From contig MU004185.1 of NCBI GenBank assembly GCA_010093605.1, forward strand, positions 703,334 to 767,333: DNA of 64,000 bases, in the 5' to 3' direction. The notes under the pieces are model-generated. The model had not been told where the DNA came from. It did no database searches and worked only from the letters and a program-made list of their open reading frames with translations. How positions within the stretch are numbered: the first letter of the stretch is position 1; every line of letters starts with the position of its first letter. This DNA is from Lophium mytilinum (Eukaryota). Positions 27,371-41,276 of the stretch are shown here, one piece after another. Both the position numbers and the translations under genes were made by a program.

Positions 27371-29183
27371 CTAGCAACGATCCAAGTTCTCGAGGATCCT
27401 AATCTTAGGTTCCATCTTAACCATGATCCACCACCCTCTTGTTACCTTCTCTCTCAACATATCCAGAAGCGCATATTTGGGTTGACTGCTCTTAGCAGAG
27501 CTATTCGACCCTTCCTCCAATTGAAGCTCTTGCACTGTTTCTGGGGCATGATGAAATCTTGGCTGCCCCGGACGAAGAATTCGGACCCCAGAAAATCCGT
27601 ATTGCACGGCGAGAATCCGCCATTTTCCGATTACTTTCTCTGGTCTCTCGGCTAGTACATAGTCAAACTTGCACCAAAAGGCTGGATCGAGAAGCAGGGA
27701 AGGGTCTTCCGTTTTGTCGTAGAGCCACTTCCCACGCGGATGCTCCACCGGATTCCAAAGATTGCTGCTGCGGATAGATTGAGAGCTGTCGTGTCTCTCT
27801 AAGAATCGCGTAACTCCTGTCTGGCAGGCCAAGTTGTCGAGGTGTACCCACGATCCATTGCTCCCGTGACCAGCTATTTCGTGGAATTTTGTGAGGGCAG
27901 CGCCACCCGGATAGTTCAGGCTTGATACAGCAAGTAACACAGTAGAGATAATGAAGGTGGTTAGGATGGAAGTCACAAGACCAAGACTCAGGAGGCGATA
28001 GACCGTTGTCTTGGCCCTCCGAGTCCATATCCAGGAAGCACCAGCAGCGGCAACAGCTGTCAACCCAGGAATGATGTATATGATGAATCGCCACTCTTTA
28101 TGAGGAAGAAAACTGTACAGAGCGACAAATCCTGCTGATGGTATGGTTATGTCGAGACTACGCTGCCGAGAGGTACGGTTGAATATCGCTAGCGGGATGA
28201 GTATGATGTAGGTCATGGGATTAATAAGTAGGCGGGGAAGAGCGTTCAGAAAGTAGAAGTGCCAAGGTGATGTTCCCCAATCGGCGGAATGGCCTTGGAT
28301 CGTATTGTAGTAGAAGCCGGTCCATTCGGGCCAGAGAGGGAAAGTTTGCCAGAAGAATGAGTCGATTGAGACAGTACTCAAGAGGCCAATAGCTACGCCG
28401 CCTATACCTGCTGGGAGAATTGTACCCGTAATGGATATTTTACCCCAGGAAAGAAGGTAGAGAGTTATGCACGCAAGGAGGATGGCAAGCTCGGAGCGGA
28501 ATATAACACCAGCAACTGTTAGCAGGTACAGAGATAGCCGGTGGTGTTTAGAAGCTGATCTGTTTGTTTCGGGATATGAGCCGGCTAAGAGGAGGCTTCT
28601 TAGCGCCAATGTGCCTGATGATATAATGTCAATATGAAATATTAAGAAAGAGTTGGTAGGTACGCACTCAATGCAAAAGCAAACATGTTTGGTAAAGTGC
28701 GAGACGCATAGTAAATGACGTGGAACTGGCTCGCTTGCAATAAGGTGAACCAGATCCGCGCAGGTCTCCCGAATGCCTTTTGTACTGCTACTCCAAGCAG
28801 GATCAACGACGTTGCATTGAGCAAGCCAAGAATAGAGCGGACTGGTAAAGATTAGGTTAACGGTCACAAATCTATGACAAAGGAGGCTCACCAAGGAGTT
28901 GAACCTGATAAGAGTGGCTCAGAAATGCTATCCAAGGCCTGGACAGGCCTGCTAACAAGAGAGCTCCAACGAACGTCCTGGGAACAGATCCAGGAAATGA
29001 TACATGATCGAAATGAATTGCTAGAGTGCGTGAATAGTCTTGACTTGGTATGCCATGCGTCAAGATATCATGGGTCGCTTGGATATTGAACGACTCCTCA
29101 ACCTTGGTGTATGGCGCATAGTAGAGGTGGACGAGAATTAAGGCTGGAATGATTGAAACCAGCAAAGCCCCAGAAACAGCCAT
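27371..29183 (-). CDS. ALG12: Dol-P-Man alpha-1,6-mannosyltransferase
   Basis: [66 protein letters not shown]. Confidence 0.93.
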
Positions 29184-29606
29184 GGCTGATGGGTTGAGCG
29201 GATTGTCCAGGACTCTGAAACACTATGACCATTGGTCCATCTCGTTAAACGGGTCTGGAGATGAGGTCGACTGTCTAATGGTTTGTTGTCTTCTGAAGAT
29301 GATGAGTGATGTTGATAGAAACCGAAGGCCGTGCGTTCCCCTGTTCTATTCTGCTCTCGGTCTAAATACGACGACTACCTCTCACCTTCAACAAGACCCG
29401 AAAGTCCGCTCCACCATCTCGTACAGTGCTTAACCTTCCAAACCGACATTCGACAGCGGGTATGCTCAAGGGTATCGTGTGACTAGAAGTCTCGGCTTAG
29501 TGGACGGCAACTCAGCCCGAAGGATTTCGCTCACGCCAAGCCTCTATCCCCGTGATACTTTCTCCTAGGATTTTGTTTATTTGAAGGCTCGATCATTACT
29601 ACAGCC

Positions 29607-31129
29607 ATGCAGCTCCCGCCTGTGGCTTCTCTCGCTGTACCAGGGGTACTTGCTCTGATCACGTTTCTTGCATACTCTTCCCAAATACTTCTTTTGTATC
29701 TTGAGCCACATCCCCTGGAAGGCAAACAAGTCGTCACTTTCAACGTTCTCGTCTTCTGCTTGCTGCTTAGTTATATTCGATCCGTCCGGACCGATGCGGG
29801 TCAAATACCCCGAGTGGTACAGCACGAGGACAATATTGCAACCATCTCTCAGAGTCATGCTTCCAAGAGTAGACAGCGGTGGTGTCGGAGGTGCGAAGCG
29901 GTAAAGCCCCCGAGAGCGCATCACTGCAAAGTTTGCAAAAGGTACCATCTCCATGTTTACGGACCTCCGGAGAGAATGGTTTTTTAATCCTGTCCGTTCT
30001 ATAGATGCATACCCAAAATGGACCACCACTGCCCATGGACGGCAAACTGTGTTTCGCATGTCACATTCCCACATTTCATACGTTTCCTCTTCTACGCAGT
30101 CGTGGCAATGTCTTACCTCGAATACTTTCTGTATATCAGATGTGCTGTTGTATGGGGTAACAAAGATCTCCCGAGTGTACGACCCCTATGCTGTGTAATC
30201 TTCAGACGGCAATGCTAATTCTCCGAGCAGTACCTCGGTCCCACAATCGTGCAATATATCCATCTTTTCTTGTTGATAAGTACCAACTCGTTAACCTTGT
30301 TTGTATTAACGATCTTACTGATCCGGAATATCTGGTGTCTGACGGTGAACACTACCACCATCGAAGGATGGGAAATCGAGCGACACAGTACTCTGGTTCG
30401 ACGTGCGCGACACTTCGGGGGCTTCTTGGATGGACCGGATGGGGTTAGAGTCAGAATAAAGAGACAGGAATTCCCGTATGACATAGGTATCTGGGCGAAT
30501 GCCAAACAGGGTATGGGGACAGGCAACGTAAGGCAATTCGCAGGATCTACCAAAAGACACAGAAGTTAACACATCACTAGATACTCGCTTGGTTCTGGCC
30601 CCTTTCGGCTTCTCCGTCAATCGAGAGCGGACTGACTTTCGAAGAAAACGGATTTGAAGGTTCAATCTATCAGTTCTCAGCGTCAGTGCAATTAGACTAA
30701 CCAAGTTTTCTAGATCCTTCCATGTCCTGGCCTCCGCCTGACCCAGATCGGCTCCAGCGCAAGTCAATACCTGCACCGCGGTATGGATCTGGATTCACCC
30801 AAGACGGGCCTGACTATTCCGCCGAAGAGAGCAAGAAAGCCTTCAAAGTGCGACAAGAAGCTGACATGCTGCGCTGGCAGGGTCCAGAAGAAGACCAGGT
30901 GCAACGTCGAAAGCCCTATGTAAAGCGCCTGGAGGCACTTCAAGAACCGTCAGAAGTTCATTATGATGGAGCTAGCGACGAACAAGCGAGCGATAGCGGA
31001 GAGGAAGGATGGAAAAACTCAGAGGGCGAGAGGCTACGTGATTTCGGCGTAGACGAGGATGCGGAGTTCTATGATGAGGAAGACAATATCCCGCTCAGTG
31101 AATTAATAGCCCGGAGAAAGGGCCGGTGA
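29607..31129 (+). CDS. PFA4: DHHC palmitoyltransferase
   Basis: WCRRCEAVKPPRAHHCKVCKR/CIPKMDHHCPWTANCV, NTTTIEGWE, QEFPYDIG, WPPPDPDR; several introns. Confidence 0.92.
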
Positions 31130-31758
31130 ATTAAAAAGCGTCCACGCCCTTTATTGCAGATAGACATGAAATGAATACTCCCCCTTTTCCAATTTCAATC
31201 CCGTTAATCGGAAACTGATCCAAGATCCGCGATTTATACTGAGCTATCCAGCCAAAATTGTTTGCACAACGCTCAACGTTAGCTGGGCGCATTTGGCTGA
31301 CGAGTGTAATGTATGCAAGCATTTTGCGTGAGCAATCAAGATGTCTAATACGGAGAAAGCAAAACGGTGTGCCGCAGCATTTCCTAAACACCATTCCCAG
31401 CCGCAGCCACGGCCTACCAAAGTCCCTTCCTCCGGCACATTAAAAAGGTAAACGCCACCATTGACTAATTTTGAGCAGAGGACCCGGGATTGCGCACACG
31501 GGCGAAGTCTCTACAATACCCTCAAAGTCGACACACACCAATCGTACCCTCAACCAATGAATCATACAGTTTGATGACAGGCCATCTCCTCCCCTGCCCA
31601 GCCAGGCCGTCGAATGATCTCTTGAAGTTGCCTGCAGCCTCCTACCGATCCTGCACGCAGGCGCCGTCTTTTCCGGTGGCCCAGATGCCGCAGAAAGCCA
31701 AGCCTGGCGTACTGACCCGATTTGTCGTCTTGACTTTCCTGTTCCCGCGGCGCGTCGT

Positions 31759-32848
31759 CTAGTACTCGGCGGATCCGTTTCCGTTGTGAACGGTGTACCC
31801 GAACGCAGTGCTGTCTTGGTCTCCCATTTCGGCGTCGCCGCTTAGAACATTGTTGTGGGAGTTCTCCGGTTGGCTGTAGGCAGAGGCGGAGGAGGCATTT
31901 GTACCTGCGCTGTTGGCCCCGCCGGCCCCACCTGCGTTGAAGACACCGGCACCGGGTGGCTTGTTCTGGGTTGCGAGGAGGGTCTCGTGCCACCAATCAA
32001 TACCAATAGTTCAGATATTCGTCTTTGGCCAGTTTGAGGCAACAAACGAAATGGGGGGAGGGGGAAAGGAAAGTGGGCAGCTTACTTCGCGATAGCGGGA
32101 CAGATATATCTTCAGTGCCTCGGCGTAGTTTTCGAAGCCGAGCGAGGTCATGGCGAACAGGATGTCCTCGCCATTGACCGTCTTGCGCTTCTCCTGCTGG
32201 CATTTCTCCGAAGCTGGGCGCGGCAATGTCAGCTGCCATTGGGGGTTCAGATGGGCGCGGAGACTCACCTTCGCTGGTGATGAAGGAGATGAATTCGCTG
32301 ACGCACTCCTGCATGCACTCCTTGGCCTCTTTTGCGATCTTCGCGTTCTCGGGCAGGGCCATCTTCATGATTCGCGCGACTGGAGCAAAGTTGCGGATGT
32401 TAGCATCTGATGCATGAGAACTGCTGGGGGTTGCCCCTGGCTGTGGCGGCGAGGAGGAAGACGGTGGGGGGGTTGTGGACATGGCGCTGGCTGCAGGGCG
32501 ACCGTTTTTCAGGCACCGCAGATCAGACTGGCGCTCGAGGCTTGGTGATTCGGTGCTTTGACGACTGAGACGCGCGACTGCGGAGGATGTGCCGTGTTCG
32601 CAGCGCCAGTCATAGCATTCGTCGACATGCAGGTGGTGAAAACAGCGGGCAAATCAGAAGAGGGGAGAGCGCATAAAAGACCAACCATTTGCGATGGGCA
32701 GCCATCTGTCCTGCTCCTTGACTTCGAATTCGTACCCGAGTCCCGGCGCTTGTGTATCCTGAGGTTCACGGTCCATAGGAGGTTCCGAATCGTCAGCCGA
32801 CTGGACTCCAGGTTCCACGTCGAGCTTTTTCGGGGGAGTGTCCGACAT
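31759..32848 (-). CDS. HAP3: CCAAT-binding complex subunit (NF-YB/HapC)
   Basis: [13 protein letters not shown] / [37 protein letters not shown] / [22 protein letters not shown]. Confidence 0.95.
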
Positions 32849-35317
32849 GTTTATTCGGCCAGCTGCAGGCGGCTTGGGCGCGGTGTGTGAGCTGGCGCTG
32901 GGAGGCGTGGCAATACACGTCAGCGAGAGGGAGGATTGAGCTGGCCGGAAATGCAACCTGGAGACTGTGTAACTGCTAGCAGCAGACGGGGTCGCGGAGG
33001 CAGCTAGCCGGACGCTGCAGAAGCTTCAGTCTGCAGGAGGCGGACGGCGCGCAAGGGGAGCCTGCAGCCGCGGCCGTGTTCCCTGTGACGCGTTACTACG
33101 TGAATGGCAGGGCGCGCAGAATAGTGAGGAGGGCCCCGTACGAGGCGGCGATGGCACCGGCGGGGCGAGCGCTGGCGAAGCTGGTTAGTGACAGCTAGTG
33201 ACCGCGACAGAGCTGGTTAGCGACGGCGACGGCGACGTGACGGCGACGGTGACGGTGAGGCAGGGCGCGAGGGCGCAAGGTGGGCGTCGGGGCGTGGGGT
33301 TGGTTGCGGTGGTCGTGATTGTGGGTAACGCGGTTGAGGTGCAGAAGAGGATGCGAGATAGACGCAAGAGCGATCGACCGTGGTGGAGCTCTTCTGCCAA
33401 ACGGCCGAGCAACAACGACACCAGGCCACCAATACGCACGCCCGGCCGACTAACCCGCACAGCACGGGCCGACGGGTGCTTCGACGATGACGGCGCCCGC
33501 CTGGTCGCGCGCTCGGGACGGTTGCTAGGTGGGCAAAGCGATGGGATGGGCGCACGATGCCCGCTCGGAGGGACCCTCAGTCGCATCGAACGCTGCCATC
33601 TCCTGCGTCGAGAGCTCGGTTCGGGAGTGCCATCGCGAACCCCCTCAGCGACCACAGTGAGAGAGCCCTGGCGGTGGACGACGAGAGGCGAAGGGGCTGC
33701 AGCAAGCCTCCGTCACGGCTCCTCCGCACCCCGGCCCTGCCCCTGGCTCCGCGCTGCCACTCGTTCGTGATTCGGCGCCCTACGCGTGTTTCGAGCTCTT
33801 TTCGCATTTCCGCTGTTCTTTTCGCCCATTGGCCTGCGATCGGGGATTATTTCTGAGCCCTATCCGGCCTCGAGACGTCTCCTCCGCATCGCCAACCTCA
33901 CTGAACTCAGCCGCATCGCAGCATGGCCAGCGTCGTCTGCCCCCCGCGCTGAGGCCCCCGCCCCGGCTAGAGACAGGGAGGCCTCCGCATGCAGCTCGAG
34001 CTGTCAGTGCATGCTGGCCTGACGCCGTCCACGGGAACAGTGTGCTGTCGCCTTCTCGCCCCGTGGACGACGCGGAGAAGCCGTTCTACACGAGCCGTCC
34101 CGAGGCCAGCACGAGCCGAAGCAGCGGGATCCTGGCCGGCAGCACGTTATGGAGCCTGGATATACGCAACAGCAGCGGCTGCTCGCCCTCTCCGCGATGG
34201 ACGTTGCGGCATCCACTCAACTGCAATGCCCTGCTGCACCACCCGCGCCGCTGGATGTCCTATGAGAAGCATGTCCACCGCTGCGGAGAGCGCGAGTCCA
34301 TCTGGCGTCGATCCACGGCCAACGCATCGCTGGGCCTGCAGCCTTCGGGCGCCCCAAGCCCCACCAACCTCAGCCTTGTGACGAGCCCCTGCGCGACCAT
34401 GCCAACACGCAGCAGTTCGCGGCCTCAGACGCTGGCTGACGACATGGACTCTCCCTGACGCCTTCAGTGGTCGCCAGCAAACCCGCACCCACGTCTGCCG
34501 CGTCCCTGCCCAACATCCATGGCGACTGTCATGACCAGCTCACTACTGGCCTACGGACAGCGCATCAGCTGCAAGTCCGGCCTAGCGCAACGACAGATGG
34601 CCGCCGGTTTTGCTGCATGCACTGACATGCCAGATAAGAATCGTGGCTGTCGGGCCCTTGTCGAACATCGCATGACCACGGTATCTACCGGCGGCGTTGG
34701 GCGAAGGTAAGTGCATGGCGAGCAGCAGTTCACGGGAACCGAGGAAGTATCAGCACAGCAGCAGGCTACCACCACTATCTACCGCCAGCGTTTAGGCATG
34801 ACATATGCGTGAATCACGTTACGTGAAGCCATTGGCATCTTATCGGGCTGGATACAGCCTGGTAGCTCTTATTTACGTTGCTTGATCAATGAATATAGTG
34901 CCAAGGCTAATGAGCATTCACTATCTAAAACTACGCTAAGTACTTCTTTTCTCCCTGCTTTGGGCGTTGAGACTCTCGTAATAATCCGGCCGATGACAAG
35001 GCACCTGTACAGATAGCTTAGACGATTCCTAGTATTGGGATAATGTGCCTGGTCCATCCATACTCGAATATGAGCGTTGGAACGGCATGGGAGGGTAACG
35101 AGCTTGTTGCTAGGCACTCTCACTCACCACGGCTCGCCCAAATGCTCTATCGGCGGGGAAAGAAGTCTCCTTGCAGTTCAAACGCAATGGCCAAGCTGCC
35201 ATTAACCTCCGGTTAAGCTGACCGTGTCTCAATATCACAACGAATGCTGCCTCCGTGTGCTGAGAGACAGAGCGCATATATCAAGATCCTCGAGTGTGAG
35301 CGTCTCTGAAAGCTCGT

Positions 35318-35984
35318 CTACTGTTGGACTACCTGGATATTGTTCTTCTTCTGTAGAGTTTGTCAGCAGCCATCCTGCGAATCAAAATGAACCATCTCAA
35401 CTACGCTGAACGCCAAGGCTTTAATAGTGAATGCAGTACCTTCCACTTCTCCATCTCGTCTTGCTTGGACTTGTACTGCTTGAGCAGATCATCCAACACC
35501 TTCTTCAGACCCTCGGAATTAGTCTTCAAGGCAGGGGCCACGTCCTTCACCGTCCTTTCTACCAAGACGCCATTTATCATGCGGAAGCACTTTCGGTCTT
35601 GTGGAAGCGGCTCTAACGTCTCAAGCACGAGTCTATGACGTCATTAGCGGTATGCCAATGACACAAACAAGACAGAACATAGCGGTGAGAAAGTAGGGAA
35701 GGAATGTGCAAGATACTGAAAGCACACTACGCGGGGAGGAAGCGGTGTGTGAGAATCGCATTGGCCATGGTTTACGAAATTGAGTCGATTCTTACTTGTG
35801 CTCCTCAGTCTCCTGCTCTACATCGCCAATCTTTTGAGCAATTTGCTGGAGGGTGTTCTTGTAGTTTGAGTATTGGACTTGAAGCTCTAGTCATGGTCAG
35901 ATATGGCCTAACCGCTCTACGCAAGCAATACAAATCTAAGAACTCACCCTGTTGCTTCTTTGCCGACGGCTGTGGCTGAGCCAT
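35318..35984 (-). CDS. GIM4: Prefoldin subunit 2
   Basis: LAQKIGDVEQETEEH / LVLETLEPLPQDRKCFRMINGVLVERTVKDV / KKNNIQVVQQ*. Confidence 0.92.
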
Positions 35985-36217
35985 AGCGAAAGCCCGGATT
36001 ATTGTTGTGATTTGAAGGTTTGGGGTTCTGAGGTTGCTCTGGGCAGATGGTGGTTTCACTTCAAATTTAGACTTGCGTGACATTACATTTAGCAAGGGTC
36101 CGTGCACCGGCATCTTCGAGAGCGGAAGACCACCGCGCGGCTTTGCTTTGACGACAACCCACCGAATAATCTTCGACTGTCCAATTCGGCCGCTCAACTA
36201 GAGCACAAACAGGCATC

Positions 36218-36543
36218 ATGCATCCCCATCTGCATACCAGCCAAAACAAGAGTATGTCTGGCTCCTCGTCCCCCCCCCCTCGACCCCGCGCGCATGATCC
36301 GCAGTGGCGACCAACGTTGACTGACTTGCCTCAGACTGCGAGGAGGTGATGAACGCCCTCGACGAATGCCACGCTCGCGGCTTCCTCTACAAGGCAATCG
36401 GAATGTGCAACGACGCGAAACATCAGGTCAACATGTGCCTGCGAGCTCAGCGCCTTGAGCGGACAAGATTGAACAGGGAAGAGGCTCAGAGGCGGCGCGA
36501 GAAGGTTCAGGCACGGTGGACAGAGATTGATGAGAATACATGA
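36218..36543 (+). CDS. CMC2: Twin Cx9C COX assembly protein
   Basis: MHPHLHT...CEEVMNALDECHARGFLYKAIGMCNDAKHQVNMCLRAQRL; one intron. Confidence 0.9.
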
Positions 36544-37220
36544 GCTACTTTTTCTAGCTGGCAGTGCAAGGGAGTCGCTCTGGCGTTTTGGGTCTCGGGC
36601 AAATGGACATCAGAAACCCAAGCATCTCGGATGTTCTTGAAGAAGTGGGAGAATACCACCTCCTGGAAACTCCACTACCATCACCAGAACAGAGCTTCCT
36701 GAAGCTAAGTCTCTTAGGCTCATTCATTGTAAAAAACTGTACATTGTAGTGTAAATAATGAGTTCAGAAGCAGTGCTCGTGGAGCGGTTTTTTTCGGCTA
36801 GGGAAACCCCCGTTTCACAGAAAATGTTATACTTGAGGCTGTCAGAATATAATATCTTATACCATTACTCATGGTCCCGCTCAGCCATTATACCTCTTCG
36901 ATCTCTTCCCAGTTTTATTATGTTATTACCCTTATTATCTAGATGTTGATGCACCAGACCCATCAGCTAGACTTATCTTGAGTCGATTCTTAATGTCTCT
37001 ACTTTATAATACGTGAGGTTTGCGTTGTACTGGGATATCCGATAATACATTGAAGCCCTCCAATATTCGGCTGTTTAGAGAGTGAAGCACCTTTCGTCCA
37101 TATCCGAGGTCCCTAGGGTATTCGCTGAGCACCTGGAGATATTGTGTGCGAAGAGTTGCAGGAAATCATGCCTCGTAGTCCATTGTGTGTTCCGTCGCAT
37201 TTCCAGGTATCTAGCTAGCA

Positions 37221-38483
37221 TCAAGCGTCACTCAAGTCGCTCGCTGCAGCTATTGGTGTTGCCCCCAAACTCTCTAATCCTCTACCGACGATCAACTTGG
37301 TGCCCTCAGATCCGCTAATAGGCGTGGCTGGAGCACCAATACCCGCTTCGATTCTCAGTTTCTCGTAGCGTTCCCCAGTTTCTTTCAATTGCCCCTGGAT
37401 CCAGTTCTCTCGTTCTGCAATGTCCACCTTCTCAGCCCTAAGGTTATCCATCCTTTTTAGCTTTCTAGCTTGAATGTCCTGCATACTCTTGAGAGCAGCC
37501 TGTAAGCGCGCGACTACAGCACCAAGCTCTGGCAACGGCGTGATCCGGGGAGGGGTTTTGAGTCCTGCGTCTAGCATCTCTGGGTCTTTCTTTCCATAGG
37601 TTCCTGCCCGGGTTTGCGCAGCGTCGTAAGCAGCTTTACGGTCCGCCTCCGAGTCATCAGAGCCGTCATCAGAAGAGCCTCCCTCTGCCATTGCGATTAG
37701 GTCCGCCATATCTGCACGTCGCTTTTTCTTGGCCTCCCGTTCAGCTTTCCGGCCTAGAGATATTCTGCCATCTTCGACGAAGTCGTCGAAACCTTCAGCT
37801 ATGTCTTCGTCCTCTCGTACGAGGCGCGACTCGGAGTATTTCTCTTTTGGACGTAAGGTGATCTCCCGCGGCACATCGGATGCATCTGAAAGGTGGTCGT
37901 CCTCAAACCCATCATCGTCAAGGGATATGAAATCACCTTGCTCCTTAGCTAAGCGTGCACGACGCTCCTTCTTCTCCCGTATCTCTGCTTCAGTAGGAAT
38001 GAAAGATTCTCCATCGTCTGTGAGGCTTGCCAGGGGTCCGAACTTCGAGGCAATGTCAATCGCCTTAGACGAGCTTTCGGCTGGCTTTGGAGTAGAAGGT
38101 GTTGAGTTCCTCAGTTCGGCAAGATAATCTTTACTATAATTTGGTTGGTCTTCAAGAATCCCTGGGCATACTTGGCGTAGCTCAGAGGACAGGCCAGAAG
38201 GCAGCGATTTACGCTCGGCATTCTTTTCGATAGCGAGTCGACTGAGGTTTGACTTCTTTGGAGTGAATACTGAGGGGCTGCCTTCGGCGTTGCCATCATC
38301 ACCCTCACTTTCGCCTGGGCCAAATGAAAGTCGAAGGGAGGAGCGCTTCTTTGGCTTGCTCGGTATAGTAGGTCGTTTCACTACCTCAGAAGCGGGCGAG
38401 CTTGCAGGAGTCCCATCACCCTCGACGTCCTCATCTTGCGCAATCTTCCGTGGTATCCTTCGCGCAGCAAAAGATTTCTTCAT
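37221..38483 (-). CDS. NTR2: Nineteen complex-related protein 2 domain splicing factor
   Basis: YSKDYLAELRNSTP, IPTEAEIREKKERRARL, SRLVREDEDIAEGFDDFVEDG, AYDAAQTRAG. Confidence 0.8.
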   Translation of the reverse strand: MKKSFAARRIPRKIAQDEDVEGDGTPASSPASEVVKRPTIPSKPKKRSSLRLSFGPGESEGDDGNAEGSPSVFTPKKSNLSRLAIEKNAERKSLPSGLSSELRQVCPGILEDQPNYSKDYLAELRNSTPSTPKPAESSSKAIDIASKFGPLASLTDDGESFIPTEAEIREKKERRARLAKEQGDFISLDDDGFEDDHLSDASDVPREITLRPKEKYSESRLVREDEDIAEGFDDFVEDGRISLGRKAEREAKKKRRADMADLIAMAEGGSSDDGSDDSEADRKAAYDAAQTRAGTYGKKDPEMLDAGLKTPPRITPLPELGAVVARLQAALKSMQDIQARKLKRMDNLRAEKVDIAERENWIQGQLKETGERYEKLRIEAGIGAPATPISGSEGTKLIVGRGLESLGATPIAAASDLSDA

Positions 38484-38684
38484 GGTTGTGGGAGTGAAGC
38501 CGTGGAGTTGCTGGTTGCTTGCACTAAATGATGGGTGCTTCCTCACCGCCCACATCGCTTTCTGCCTCGTGCGTCGGGTTTTCTTCGGACCGCGCGAAAG
38601 TCAACCTCCACCACATCTACTACGTCGACTTCGCAATTTCAATACCTTCACTACACTTCATCTGATCAGAAACAATTTTGCAAG

Positions 38685-39186
38685 ATGCCTCAAGCTCAGC
38701 CGGAGCTAAAGAAAGTGCGTATGGGTATCGAGAATCCTGCAGATGTTGATGATAACCTGAGTGTGCAGTATCTCGACAAGCGTCTCTTCGTCCAACTGAA
38801 CGGCAGCCGAAAAGTCATAGGAGTATTACGCGGCTACGATGTATGTGACCTATACTTTCGAGATGTGTCGGAGCGGAAAGAAAAAAGACGAGAGTAGTTC
38901 TGACTCCCGTCCGCATAGGTCTTCCTCAACATAGTCTTGGACGAAGCTGTGGAGGAGAAGGAGGGCGGGGAGAAAGTGAGAATCGGTATGGTGGTATGTT
39001 GCACACAACGATCATAATGGCCGTATTCAACTGGAGCTAACAGTCGTCTTTCCTAGGTCATCAGAGGGAACTCCGTTGTCATGCTTGAGGTAGGCCCCAT
39101 CCCGAAAGTTCCCAATAGGCTATAGGATACTAATTATGATATAGGCTTTGGAGCGCATTGGTGGTAACGATAGGGAACAACGGTGA
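38685..39186 (+). CDS. SMX2: Small nuclear ribonucleoprotein G
   Basis: MPQAQPELKK/YLDKRLFVQLNGSRKVIGVLRGYD/VFLNIVLDEAVE...IGMV/VIRGNSVVMLE/ALERI; four introns. Confidence 0.95.
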
Positions 39187-39445
39187 TCTGAACACCCGTG
39201 CGATTCTATGGTCGAACCAAGCAGATTGAGAGAGGGATTGCTAAACCCTACATGCTACGGGTGCCGCCTCAGCAGTACAGTTTTCTGCGAACTAGGACGA
39301 GAGCTAAAGGCAACTCTTGGTCATGAGTTCAGGCGTTTTAGACAAAAAGTCATGCGCCACAAAGATTCAAGTGGAAACGAGTGCATTGGCTGGAAGATGA
39401 TGGCGAATAATCCTCATCTACATTTCATACTTGAAAAGACAAAAA

Positions 39446-40718
39446 TTACAGCCTCGCTCTCTCGTGCGCCTTCTTATATTCCTGCACCAAGTCCCATGCG
39501 ACCTCTGCAAACGGTTTCATCTGGGCCGCGTAATCCTTTGCTTTCTCGCTGCTCGCTTGCCTCATGGCGTATCGTGCGGCTATACCTTGCATGATGATCG
39601 AGCCTCTATATATTCCAAAAGCATCACCCCATGTCATCTCTGGTTTTGGGTCCCATCCAGCGCTCTCACTATACCACTCAATAACTTGGTCTCGGGTAGG
39701 AAGCCCTTCGATGGCCCCCGGCAGGAAGTCCTCGCTTCCCCGTCCAACGCTACGAGCTTTTTCCGATTGGGCTGTAAGGTATGGAGTGAGAAGATTTACC
39801 AAATCAGACAGAGGGTGGCCAACAGTCGACATTTCCCAGCTAAGCGTCACTACGTCAGTATATCAAAACCTAACAGGCGGTGATACACGTACTCTAGGAT
39901 ACCGATGACCCGCGGCTCTGTCTTGTGAAACACAACGTTGTCTATTTTATAGTCGCCATGAACGAATGTACTACGGTCCTGGGGCTGCGTTTTCGGGTCA
40001 CTAAAGAACGCGACGATGGCATCTTGATGCGGAATTTTCCCGACGGGTATCTTCGTATCAACATCTACAGCCTTAGCTTGGGCGTCGGAAATCGTCTTGA
40101 ATGTCGCGATCTGCCGGTTGTAGAAACCGCTTGGCTTGCCGAAGCTCTCCAACCCGACGCTTTTCGGAGGAACGCTGTGGAATTTCGCGAGCGAAACTGT
40201 AGCAGATTGCCACCTGGAGCTGATTTAGCTTCTCTTTCGAGAATCTGTCTTGAACGTCAACCTACATTTTCGTTCGTTCCTCGGGCGTGACACCTGGAAT
40301 GGCGGGGTCTTCGAATATCCTCCCATCCAAAAACGTCATGATGTAGAAAGGCGTGCCAACCACGCTGTCATCCTCGCAAAGACAGAGAGCTCGCGGCACC
40401 GGGACATCTGTGTTCTCGAGGGCGTGTATTATCCGATATTCGCGCTCCACTTTGTGTGCCGTTTTGGAGAGGAGCAGCCCCGGGGGCTTCTTCCGCATGA
40501 CATATTTGCGGCCAGCTTTATCAGTTAGCTGGTAGGTGGGGTTCGACTGTCCATAACCAAACTGCAAATACGATGTCAGCAAGGTTCTACGAAAGTGCGA
40601 GGGACATGTATTCCAGTACCTGCTTGACATCAATGGGAACCTGTATTTCTGGGACGTTTGCGCTGATATAGCGTTCTAGCGAGGCAACATCAATAGGTTG
40701 ACGAACGACACCGGCCAT
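39446..40718 (-). CDS. APH-family phosphotransferase (ACAD10/11 N-terminal-like)
   Basis: [17 protein letters not shown]...[32 protein letters not shown]. Confidence 0.88.
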
Positions 40719-41048
40719 GGTTGCGACAGCTGCAATGGCATAGTGGAAGATCCGGGGTGCAGAGGACGCGTTTATGGGGCGAGATCTGAGCTGGGAACAG
40801 CTTAGCCGTGCCGAGGTTGGTCACTGTTTTGATCCCGATGAGGTGGGGAGAAGAACCGTGACGATGGCGCAGAGGCGTTGTGCTTGCGGGTCTTAGGCCG
40901 ATACGCTTAGAAGTTTCGGATGCCGTTACGAACGGGATTGCCGAGATCAAGATAATCCTCGTCAATATTTGTTACATAGTACTGAGCAGCCTCGTATTTT
41001 GATGTGGAGGCTGGCTACAGTCACGTGATGATACTAGTCCCGGAAATA

Positions 41049-41274
41049 CCGTATTAACTAAGCGTATACAAACGCCAGGCTTGGCAGCGCTAGTAGATCC
41101 CCTAAACCCATGAGCGTATAGTTGGTCGGGGAATCAAGCTGTCAGGCGCCGATTGGCGCCGACGGGCGCTGACAGGCCCACAAATCAGGTCGAAAGGGGT
41201 GACCTAATACGCTCAACGAGTAAGGTTAAGATAGCGTGCCAAGAGTGGCGTTTGTATACTCTCAGTCAATACGG
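41049..41274. mobile_element. MITE, Tc1/mariner-type (TA-flanked), copy 1
   Basis: TA|CCGTATTaactaagcgtatacaaacgcca...tggcgtttgtatactctcagtcAATACGG|TA; imperfect TIRs of about 40 bp. Confidence 0.85.
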
Positions 41275-41276
41275 TA

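Noticed and set aside
32950..34800. Many overlapping 100-200 aa ORFs upstream of HAP3
   Set aside because: GC-rich, low-complexity R/P/S/A translations with no recognisable domain; probably a long 5' UTR/promoter region.
35654..35765. gccaatg/cattggc inverted repeat in a GIM4 intron
   Set aside because: Only 7 bp, compatible with chance; no snoRNA boxes recognised.
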